This document shows positions 14,470 through 25,308 of a DNA stretch of 64,000 bases, one piece after another. The DNA is from Macrostomum lignano. Lineage: Eukaryota. Under the pieces are notes generated by a model, which saw only the letters and a program-made list of their open reading frames with translations, was not told the origin of the DNA and made no database searches. The DNA lies in NCBI GenBank assembly GCA_002269645.1, contig NIVC01000283.1, positions 653,263-717,262 of the forward strand. Reading direction: 5' to 3'. Numbering within the stretch: the first letter of the stretch is position 1; each line of letters opens with the position of its first letter. The position numbers and the translations under genes were made by a program.

Positions 14470-15290
14470 AAGTCTCACCCCTGAGAATCTAAGCCTTCCT
14501 AGACAAAATAACACCCCATAGATAGAATCTCGCCCAGATAATCCAGCCTTCCTGACTAAATCTCAACCTTTAGAATCTCACTCTGAGAATCTCTCCTTCA
14601 ATAGAAAATCTCACCCTGTGAACCTCTACTCATATAGAAAATCTCACCCTGAGAATCTCTTCTCCCCTGAGAATCTCTTCTCCTATAGAAAATCTTACCC
14701 TAGAATCACTCCTTCTAAAGGAAATCTCTCCTAAGAATCTCTCCTGGTATAAAAAATCTCACCCTGAGAATCTCTCCTCTAATAGAAAATCTCACCCTGA
14801 AAATCTCTCCTCCAATAGAAAATCTCACCCTGAGAATCTCTCCTCCAATAGAAAATCTCACCCTGAAAATCTCTCCTCCAATAGAAAATCTCACCCTGAG
14901 AATCTCTCCTCCAATAGAACATTTCACCCTGAGAATCTTTTCTCCTATAGAAAATCTCACCCTAGAATCTCTCCTTCTAAATGAAATCTCACATTGAAAA
15001 TCTCTCCTCCTATGGAAAATCTCACCCTGTGAACCTCTACTCATATAGAAAATATCACCTAGAAAATCTCACCCTGAGAATCTCTTCTCTTATAGAAAAT
15101 CTCACCCTAGAATCTCTCCTTCTAAATGAAATCTCATATTGAAAATCTCTCCTCCTATAGAAAATCTCACCCTGAGAATCTCTCCTCATACAAAAAAATC
15201 TCACCCTGAGAACCTCTCCTCCTATAGAAAATCTTACCCTGAAAATCTCTCCTGATCCCGAAAGAAGATCTCACCCTGAGAGTCTCAACC
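14470..15290. repeat. 33-bp minisatellite (AGAAAATCTCACCCTGAGAATCTCTCCTCCAAT)n
   Basis: Tandem units visible. Confidence 0.95.
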
Positions 15291-16099
15291 GTAGAATCAA
15301 GAACACAGCCCTGTTAACAGTCAGTCAAAAGCAGCACGGCGCGGCAACAGCGGCTCCGCCCGCTTCCCATATTCCCGAATCTCCCGCCGCACAGTCCAGT
15401 CCCGCAGTGTCTCCAGTCGGTGTCAGACAAGAGGAAAAACAGCAAAAAAGAAGCACTAAAAACTCCGAGATCGAACCTCCGGGGGCGGGCGGGAGCCGAA
15501 CCTTGGGGTAACACGAAAAATTGCGGGGATGCAAAAGAAGCAGAGACCCAAGCAACCCAAGACCAGAAAAAAAGACGGGACTTAAGAGAGACGGAGCGCC
15601 AGTTGGTGTCTCCGTTGAATTGAAGGCAAAGCAGCTTATGTATGACCCCCGCCTCTGATTGCAGTGCCAGGCCTCCTTCGGTGACAGCTGCTGCTGCCCG
15701 GCCTCGCAAAACCCTTCGATGTCAGCTGTTGGGCGGGGCATCCGGGATCCTGTCCCACTGACTGTCCCACTGCTATATGGGTCCCCGGCCTCTGGCTCTA
15801 CCACCAAATAATCACACTTTATTAATAATATAATAATAATAATAATATTAAAAATCATAGAGCTATATAAAGTACATTTGAAATCAATTACTGGTACATA
15901 AATTCGGTTTTTAGTTTAATATTAGTTTAATTTTAAATTTAAGCAAGCCTGAAGTTTATTTTTAAAGGTTTATCTCGAACCAGTTCGTCTCGATAGGTTT
16001 AGGATTGTACTTGTAGGTTTAGGGCAGGCGTCGGCAAACTCGATCCGGGCCGCGGGGTTTTTTGAAACTTTACAATAGCACCCTGCCTCGCTCAAGGCC

Positions 16100-16420
16100 T
16101 ATGACTCACGTCTCTTCTTAGCTCTCTTGCTCTTCTCTCCTGTCTCTTCTTCCCACTCTTCTCTCTCTTCCCTCGTCTCTCCCCTCTTCTCTCTCCCCTC
16201 TTCTCTCTCCTCTCTTCTCTCTCCCCTCTTCTCTCTTCCCTCTTCTCTCTCCCCACTTCTCTCTCCCCACTTCTCTCTCCCCACTTCTCTCTCCCCACTT
16301 CTCTCTCCCCTCTACCCTCTCCCCTCTCCCCTCTCTCCTCTTATCTTCTATCTTATCTTTTATCTCATCCCGTCTCTCGCCTCTCCTCTCTCATCTCTAA
16401 TATTCTATTCCCTCCTATTT
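16100..16420. repeat. CT-rich low-complexity tract
   Basis: (CTTCTCTCTCCCC)-like units. Confidence 0.9.
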
Positions 16421-16964
16421 CTACGCATCCATTAGCTGAATGCTTTATCTGGCCCTTGATATAAAAATTTTTCCGACCACTGGTTCAGGGTTTAAGAATC
16501 AGTGTAAGATTTCCGGTTGGTGTTAGGATTTAGGGTTTTAGGTTTTTGGTTACAGTTACGTTAAGAGTTAGAGGTTTCGCAGTCAATTTGACGTAGACTA
16601 AATATATCGCGAGTCGCGACCGAATTCTAGTTTTGAATCTCCATGGCTACTGCCTAAAACGCCTTATACTCGTACACAGGTCGAACCGGCTGTTCACAGG
16701 GAACAAACACCGGTGAAGGAGAGAGAAAAGAAGCAATACAAAACTTTTTTCGCGCCATTGCAGCAAATGAAGCTGGAGGGGTGTGTGAAGCAGATTCAAG
16801 CAAGCTTCCCAAGAACTCCCACCTCTAACTCTGAAATTCTAACGCAGTGTTTTTCCCAAAGTTCCAATGTCGAACTTTCTGTTGCTTGCAAGATACTTTT
16901 AAACACATTTCTCACCTCTATCGGACTTCAGTAAACATCGTAGCCTAGGTTTGTCCAATGGCAA

Positions 16965-17575
16965 CTCTACCTGACACTAATTTATGTTCTACCTGACGCT
17001 AATTTATGTTCCACCTGACACTAATTTAAGTTCTACCTGACACTAATTTAAGTTCTATTCTACCTGACACTTACTTAGTTTTACGTGACACTAGTTTATG
17101 TTCCACCTAACACTAATTTATGTTCTACCTGACACTAATTTATGTTCTACCTGACACTAATTTATGTTCCACCTGACACTAGTTTATGTTCCACCTGACA
17201 CTAATTTATGTTCCACCTGACACTAATTTATGTTCCACCTGACACTAATTTATGTTCTACCTGACACTAATTTATGTTCCACCTGACACTAATTTATGTA
17301 CTACCTGACACTAATTTATGTTCTACCTGACACTAATTTAAGTTCTACCTGACACTAATTTAAGTTCTACCTGACACTAATTTAAGTTCTACCTGACACT
17401 AATTTAAGTTCTACCTGACACTAATTTAAGTTCTACCTGACACTAATTTAAGTTCTACCTGACACTACTTTAAGTTCTACCTGACACAAATTTAAGTTCT
17501 ACCTGACACTAATTTAAGTTCTACCTGACACTAATTTAAGTTCTACCTGACACTAACTTAAGTTCTACCTGACGC
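16965..17575. repeat. 22-bp minisatellite (CTACCTGACACTAATTTAWGTT)n
   Basis: Tandem units visible. Confidence 0.95.
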
Positions 17576-18239
17576 AATTTCGGGTCAAAATTTTCATGAA
17601 GTAATTTTTCAGCTCTATAGGGAAGATAGGGAGGCTTGGTCCTCCCTCCAATACCGGTAGTGATTTCCCGCGGACGTCACTCATCCCGCGTCACCCATTC
17701 CTGACTGCACCCCCTCTACCCGGATACTCCCACGAAGGTATTCGACGCCGCATTCTTGAGGCGCACGCTGGGATTTTCGAAACCCCGGCCGGACAGGGCC
17801 GGACATTCCAGAGCGGAGTGCCCCCTCCCCCCCCCCCCGGCCAACGGAAACTCGGACAGCGAGGGCAGGTGCCCCGAGCCGCCGGGGGTAGCCTTCCGAA
17901 AATTATCGAAAAATTTCATTCAAGCAAACCAGGGTACGAGTAATTCCCATTTTTGTTGTTGAAAATTTCTATTTTTAGGGAAACCCATTAAAATTTCCTG
18001 TCAGTCGTTGGTTGGTTTCTGGCCGCAGAAACTGCATGTCTTCTCAGATAGTTTATAGGATGGGCCGAAAGCATTCCTAAGAGTCCAGAGACAACTGCGG
18101 AACTTCAATCTGTTAATGCCTTTTGTTTGTGAATCTTAGAGAGATTACTCGGGGGGGGGGGTTGTAGACTGAGGGATAATTGCCGGGGAGGGGGGTGGAG
18201 GTTATATGTCTCTACAAGTCGCTCAAATCATGTTCTAAA

Positions 18240-19430
18240 TCCTAAGTTTCAAAATGGGTCTATAATCCTAGATTTATAAATGGGTCCAGAATCCCACATT
18301 TAAAAATGGGTTTAAAATCCCAAATTTTGAAATGGGCCAAGAATCCCAATAATTAGAAATGGGTCAAGAATCCCAATAATTAGAAATGGGCCAAGAATCC
18401 CAATAATTAGAAATGGGCCAAGAATCCCAATAATTAGAAATGGGTCAAGAATCCCAGATTTAGAAATGGCTCCAAAATTCCTAATTTAGAAATGGGTCAG
18501 GAATTCCAAGAATTATAAATGGGTCAAGAATCCCAATAGTTAGAAATGGGTCATGGATCCCAAATTTTGAAATGGGTCATGGATCCCAAATTTAGAAATG
18601 GGTCATGGATCCCAAATTTTGAAATGGGTCATGGATCCCAAATTTAGAAATGGGTCAATAGTCCGATTTTTACAAATGGGTCAAGAATCCAAAATTTAAA
18701 GGGTAAAAAATCCCAAATTCAGAAATGGGTCAGGAAATCAGGAATCCCAAGAATTAGAAATGGTTTGAGAACCCAAGAGTTAGAAATGGGTCAAGAATCC
18801 CAAATTTTGAAATGGGCCAATAATCCGATTTTTAGAAATGAGTCAAGAATCCCAAATTTTGAAATGAGTCAATAATCCGATTTTTAGAAATGGGTCAAGA
18901 AGCCCAATAATTGAAATAGGTCAAGAATCCCAAACTTTAAAATGGGTCAAGAATCCCAAATTTAGAAATGGGTCAAGAATCCCAAGAATTAGACATGGGT
19001 CAAGAATACCTAGAATTAGAAATTGGTCAAGAATCCCAAATTTAGAAATGGTTCAAGAATCCCAAGTTTATAAATGGGTCAAGAATCTCAAATTTTGAAA
19101 TGGGTCAATAATCCCAAATTTAGAAATGGGTCAAAGATCCCAAATTTATAAATGGGTCAGGAATCCCAAATTAAGAAATGGGTCCAGAATCCCAAGAAAT
19201 AGTCATAGGTCAAGAATACCTAGAAGTAGAAATAGGTCCAGAATCCCAAGTTTAGAAATGGGTCAGGAATTCCAAGAATTATAAATGGGCCAAGAATCCC
19301 AAATTTAAAAATGGGCCAAGAATCCCAAATTTTGAAATGGGTCAAGAATCCCAAATTTAGAAATGGGTCAAAAATCCCAAATTTAGAAATGGGTCAGGAA
19401 TCTCAGTTCTAAAAATGGGTCAGGAATCAC
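18240..19430. repeat. ~26-28-bp degenerate minisatellite (GAAATGGGTCAAGAATCCCAAATTTA)n
   Basis: Tandem units visible. Confidence 0.93.
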
Positions 19431-19859
19431 AGCTTTTATCGAGAATCACAACTTAAAAAGTGGGTCGAGGACGCTCGAAACGCGTGCGCACATTACTCTA
19501 ATGCTCCCCAGAACCAATATCAATAATTCAGGCAGATCCCATAGCAGGATAATCAACATTATGGGGCGCAGCACTCGCAAACCACATAGACTGTTTACAT
19601 CTGGTGTCACCTTCAATTAACATTGCATTGCTGTAGACTGTAGAGCTAAGCTCTTGTTAAACTAACTTTAAAAATTCTTCAAAAGAAAGCTATATAACTA
19701 AATTACTATGCTAAGTGGGTCGCATGGCGGTTGACCAAGGACCTTTACATACCTTGGACTGGAGGCTGTAAATCCAAGATAATGAAAATGAACTTTTCGA
19801 TTAATTTTAGACCTGTAGATAAGACGTTTCGTTTCTAAGAAACAACTCTTTTCAAGGCT

Positions 19860-20066
19860 TGGTGGACATAGTAGATGAGGTGGACATTGTAGATGAGGTG
19901 GATGCAGTGGACACTGCAGATGAGGTGGACATTTTAGATTTTGTTGACATAGATGAGGTGGACATTGCAGATGAGGTGGACATTGCAGATGAGGTGGACA
20001 TTGCAGATGAGGTGGACATTGCAGATGAGGTGGATATAGCAGATGAGGTGGACATTGCAGATGAGG
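19860..20066. repeat. 18-bp minisatellite (GATGAGGTGGACATTGCA)n
   Basis: Tandem units visible. Confidence 0.95.
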
Positions 20067-20664
20067 GACGAGAATTCTCGAGAATCCAGGCCACACTAGT
20101 TCCGTAATGTTTGTTTCCAGTCCAAGTCTTCATAGAGGTCCCTGGGCCTCTATATAAAGCGGTGGCAGCATATTAAGCGCAGTTCCAAACTTACACTGCT
20201 CACGTAATAAGTTTCCCCGCGTGCTTCCCGCTTGATCCCACATGCTGCATCCTAGATGGACTGCAACTGGCACGTGAAAACGCTGGATGAAGCATTCCAG
20301 CTTGCAGGCAGCCTGAAGCATGCGGCTAATTAGCAGACCGGGACCTCCTGCTCAGCATGGGGTCACTGCCCACCGGCGCTGCAGCCAGTGGTTGCATAAG
20401 AAGCATTGCCAAGCTATATCATGCTTGCCAGATTGGCCCCGCAGTTGTTAGGGCAACGCGAGAGCCGCCATCATTGGTTTTAGAGGCCAATTAAACTCGG
20501 CTGTGGAACTGACAAGTGCGCGCTCTGTCCTGCAGTCGAACGGGATTTAAACTGCGAGCGTAATTCCTCCCTCCCACGCGGATTAAGGGATCTGCGAAAA
20601 CCATTCATGCGTCTGGGATATCAATGCTGCTTTGCTTATTTTGGCTTCTTTCTGTCTTTTTCCA

Positions 20665-21540
20665 CCATAATTGTCCTATCTTACCTGTCCAATCTTACCT
20701 GTCCTATTTTACCTGTCCAATCTTACCTGTCCTATCTTACCTGTCCAATCTTACCTGTCCTATCTTACCTGTCCTATTTTACCTGTCCTATCTTCCCTGT
20801 CCAATCTTACCTGTCCTATTTTACCTGTCCTATCTTCCCTGTCAAATCTTACCTGTCTTATCTTACCTGTCCTATCTTACCTGTCCTATTTTACCTGTCC
20901 TATTTTACCTGTCCTATCTTCCCTGTCCAATCTTACCTGTCCTATTTTACCTGTCCTATCTTCCCTGTCAAATCTTACCTGTCTTATCTTACCTGTCCTA
21001 TCTTACCTGTCCTATTTTACCTGTCCTATTTTACCTGTCCTATTTTACCTGTCCTATCTTCCCTGTCCAATCTTACCTGTCCTATTTTACCTGTCCTATT
21101 TTGCCTGTCCTATTTTACCTGTCCTATTTTACCTGTCCTATTTTACCTGTCCTATTTTACCTGTCCTATTTTACCTGTCCTATTTTACCTGTCCTATTTT
21201 ACCTGTCCTATTTTACCTGTCCTATTTTACCTGTCCTATTTTACCTGTCCTATTTTACCTGTCCTATTTTACCTGTCCTATTTTACCTGTCCTATCTTAC
21301 CTGTCCAATCTTACCTGTCTTATCTTACCTGTCCTATTTTACCCGTCCTATCTACTCTCCTATGTACTCTCCTGTCTACTTCCCTATCTACTTCGCTATC
21401 TACCCTCTTATCTACTTTCCTATCTACCCTCTTATCTACTCTCCTATCTACCCTCCTATCTACTCTCTTATCTACCCTCCTATCTACCCTCCTATCTACC
21501 ATCCTATCAACTCTCCTCTCACTCTTCTATCTACCCACCT
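20665..21540. repeat. 14-bp minisatellite (TTTTACCTGTCCTA)n followed by 12-bp (CTATCTACCCTC)n
   Basis: Tandem units visible. Confidence 0.95.
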
Positions 21541-21914
21541 ATTTTATAACTAGCAGGAGAACCCATGCTGAGCGATCCCGTCCGAAAACCCTAGGAAGCA
21601 ATGTAAACAGCACGTCATGCCCTCAGCAGGGTTCGAAACGAACGCAAAAAAACTGCAATTTGACAGACAGACAAAGATTGTTAGAATCTTGTCGCTATGA
21701 TTTAGGAAGCCAGAGACCGGCCTTGACAACAAGGAAATCCGCACAGCTCCTGCACTCCGCACCTGCAGCAGCGGGGAGTCTCAGTCCGGAATTGAAGAAA
21801 GGATTAAATAAAATATATTGACAGTAGATTGAAATTGAAAAGTGTGAAAAACTTTATCAAATCAAGCAGTTGGACCTCAGTTAGCATCACTTTTTTCTTT
21901 CTGATGGAGGAGCA

Positions 21915-22385
21915 ATTTCATCTGTGGAGGCGCCATTTCATCTGTGGAGGCGCCATTTCATCTGTGGAGGCGCCATTTCATCTGTGGAGGCGCCATTTCA
22001 TCTGTGGAGGCGCCATTTCATCTGAGGAGGCGCCATTTACATCTGAGGAGGCGCCATTTACATCTGAGGAGGCGCCATTTACATCTGAGGAGGCGCCATT
22101 TACATCTGAGGAGGCGCCATTTACATCTGAGGAGGCGCCATTTACATCTGAGGAGGCGCCATTTCATCTGAGGAGGCGCCATTTCATCTGAATAGGCGCC
22201 ATTTACTTCTGAGGAGGCGCCATTTACATCTGAGGAGGCGCCATTTACATCTGAGGAGGCGCCATTTCATCTGAGGAGGCGCCATTTCATCTGAATAGGC
22301 GCCATTTACTTCTGAGGAGGCGCCATTTTCAACTGGAGGCGCCATTTCATCTGAGGAGGCGCCATTTACTTCTGAGGAGGCGACA
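21915..22385. repeat. 20/21-bp minisatellite (ACATCTGAGGAGGCGCCATTT)n
   Basis: Tandem units visible. Confidence 0.95.
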
Positions 22386-22805
22386 GATTTCATGAAGGGA
22401 GCAGGTGAGACTTTCAAAGTCCTAAAAAATAGGTAAGTAGAAAATACACAGAGCAGCAGTTCGTGCTCCATGTGCCATCGTTCGCGCATGGACTACTAAA
22501 AAAATCGCCAGTAGAAACCCTGGACAAGCGTCACCAGCTGCTAGTCATCCATTTATTCCGATTCACAGATAGCTGCAGAGCCAATCTTAGAAATTTTGTT
22601 GCTGTCATGTAGGAGGGCTTGGGGGGTTGCTTTTTGATTGAGCTGCAGGCTGGGTAAATGTGCAGTGTACTGGGACGCTTATTGCATGGAGTCAAAATGT
22701 TGTTTTGACTGCGGGGGTTATTAGGAAAGGTTTATAAAATTGCATGGTAACAGGCAACAGCATTAATTTTGTGTCTATGTTAATATGGCGCTGTTTCCAC
22801 TTTTT

Positions 22806-23252
22806 GAGGGGCGCCAGGACCAAGGGACGCCAGGACCAAGGGGCGCCAGCACCAAGGGGCGCCAGCACCAAGGGGGGCCAGCACCAAGGGGCGCCAGCAC
22901 CAAGGGGCTTAGCACCAAGGGGCGCCAGGACAAAGGGGTGCCAGCACAAGGGGCGCCAGCACCAAGGGGCGCCAGCACCAAGGGGCGCCAGCACCAAGGG
23001 GCGCCAGCACCAAGGGGCGCCAGCACCAAGGGGCGCCAGCACCAAGGGGCGCCAGCACCAAGGGGCGCCAGCACCAAGGGGCGCCAGCACCAAGGGGCGC
23101 CAGCACCAAGGGGCGCCAGCACCAAGGGGCGCCAGCACCAAGGGGCGCCAGGACAAAGGGGTGCCAGCACCAAGGGGCGCCAAGCACCAAGGGGCGCCAG
23201 CACCAAGGGGCGCCAAGCACCAAGGGGCGCCAGCACCAAGGGGCGCCAGCAC
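22806..23252. repeat. 16-bp minisatellite (CACCAAGGGGCGCCAG)n
   Basis: Tandem units visible. Confidence 0.95.
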
Positions 23253-24049
23253 TTTTAATCGCGGCTACTTAAGGCCATTAAAACCGACCTTTAAAATTTG
23301 TTTTCAAGTTTTATACAGTTTCTGTCTGCAATGATATTTTATCTATTCAAACTCCATAATTACCACCGAAGTAAACTAAGATGATGCGGCACAAAATGCA
23401 ACATGAAAAACTTCTTATCTTAAGTTTCAGCTACTTATTAACCTTGTTAAAAGTTCCGAGGTGCTGCATGACCGACTGCCAGGGCCGGATTGGCCTTGAA
23501 GAATAGGGAGATAAGCCCCGACACAGACACTCAGCGGGGTGCCTAAACACACTTCCCAGTCAGTTAAACAGATCCCACTATGCATATATAACTGTCTATA
23601 GTTACAATTTCGTTTCCAAGCTTGTTTGGCACCAAAAAGAATTCTTCCCTTACATTATCAGCGATTAACCTGATGATTGACAATACAATACGGAAGCGAG
23701 CGGGGAAACTCGAAGAGTCTCGGATAAGTTCGACCTTCAGCTGCTCAGCGGGAGGGAAGTGGGGAAGGCTACAGTGATGGAAGCGGTTATCAGCCTCGGC
23801 ACACACATCTGTACACCCGAGAATTCCAGAATTTTTATCGCAATTCCCAATCCCCGCAACTTCTTGCTCCCATCTCTCGTGAGACTGCGCCTGTTGCGAA
23901 AGTTGCTTTTCATTTTGGCTTTGTTTGTGGACACGAGAATTCTTCTCTGGGTAACTCTTTGTTTTCACTGCTTGGTGGGTGGCGCTTAATGGTGAAAGAG
24001 CAGCCGAAATAAATGTCTTTGTCAACCAGTTTTCAGCGATTTGCGTCAT

Positions 24050-24497
24050 TGTGCTAACAGGGACACTTAGGCTTGATTGTGTCTAACAGGTACATGCAGA
24101 ACCCATTTATTGTCTAACAGGTAGATCTTATTTAGTGTCTAACAGGCACAGGTAGATACCTTTCAGTGTCTAACAGGCACAGGTAGATACCTTTCAGTGT
24201 CTAACAGGCACAGGTAGATCTTATTTTCAGTGTCTAACAGGCATAGGTAGATCTTATTTTCAGTGTCTAACAGGCACAGGTAGATACCTTTCAGTGTCTA
24301 ACAGGCACAGGTAGATCCCTTTCAGTGTCTAACAGGCACAGGTAGATCTTATTTACAGTGTCTAACAGGCACAGGTAGATCCCTTTCAGTGTCTAACAGG
24401 CACAGGTAGATCCCATTGACAGTGTCTAACAGGCACAGGTAGATCCCATTGACAGTGTCTAACAGGCACAGGTAGATCCCTTTCAGTGTCTAACAGT
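24050..24497. repeat. ~31-bp minisatellite (GTGTCTAACAGGCACAGGTAGATCCCTTTCA)n
   Basis: Tandem units visible. Confidence 0.95.
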
Positions 24498-25308
24498 GTA
24501 CACTGCTATACATGCACTTAGAACCCATTCAGAGTCCTACTTATATATTTATTCACATGAATTTCAACTGTCTCTAGACTTCACACGTCTAACAGGCAAC
24601 CCGATTCAATCCATCCCAGTCAATCTCAGCCATCAATCTCAACAGCCCGCCTGCGACATTCTCTTGCACACTGATTTCCCAAATTCCTTCTCAAACCCCA
24701 GCGGAGCCCTCAGGCATCGCCAATTCCCGGATTACTTTGAAGGAGTTAATAAACAGTAAAATGCAATAATTGAAGAGGAGCCCTCTTAACAGTCCGGGGC
24801 CGTGTTTACACAGAGCCCTGACCAACCTCCGGGAGCCTTCCATTCTGACTGTTGATTCAGCCCTGATTGCGCAATCCTGCTCATCTCAGCCCTTCATCTC
24901 TTGGTCAACAACAGTCCAGACTCCCAAAACATCGATTGAGTAATTTTTCCGACTGTTACTTTGAGCTTGTGCAAGTGGGCGAATCAGATTCTCTGAAACT
25001 TCATCATTGAACCTAAATCGAAATAAAATAACAAAGATTCGATAAAGTCAAAGATTTAATTAACACACACACACATGATGGCACACACCACTGGTCTGTG
25101 CATTCCATATTGAATTTCATATATTTTACAGACAACAGATAAGAAATAGAATTGCTTACAAATTAATATAGAATAAAGCATTAGTTTTTGAACACATGCG
25201 GAATAAATGAAAAAAATTATTGCAAAAATGCACTCATATTTACTACTGCTACTACTTTTCATTCAAGTAGTGTTTATAAGTCATATAATACATATTTTTG
25301 TTTGCATT

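Noticed and set aside
16025-16060. hAT-like terminus CAGGCGTCGGCAAAC
   Set aside because: No matching opposite TIR or 8-bp TSD was found.
23564-24049. 161-codon minus-strand ORF between minisatellites
   Set aside because: No recognisable domain or confident splice partners; kept only as a possible exon under the hidden-transcript finding.
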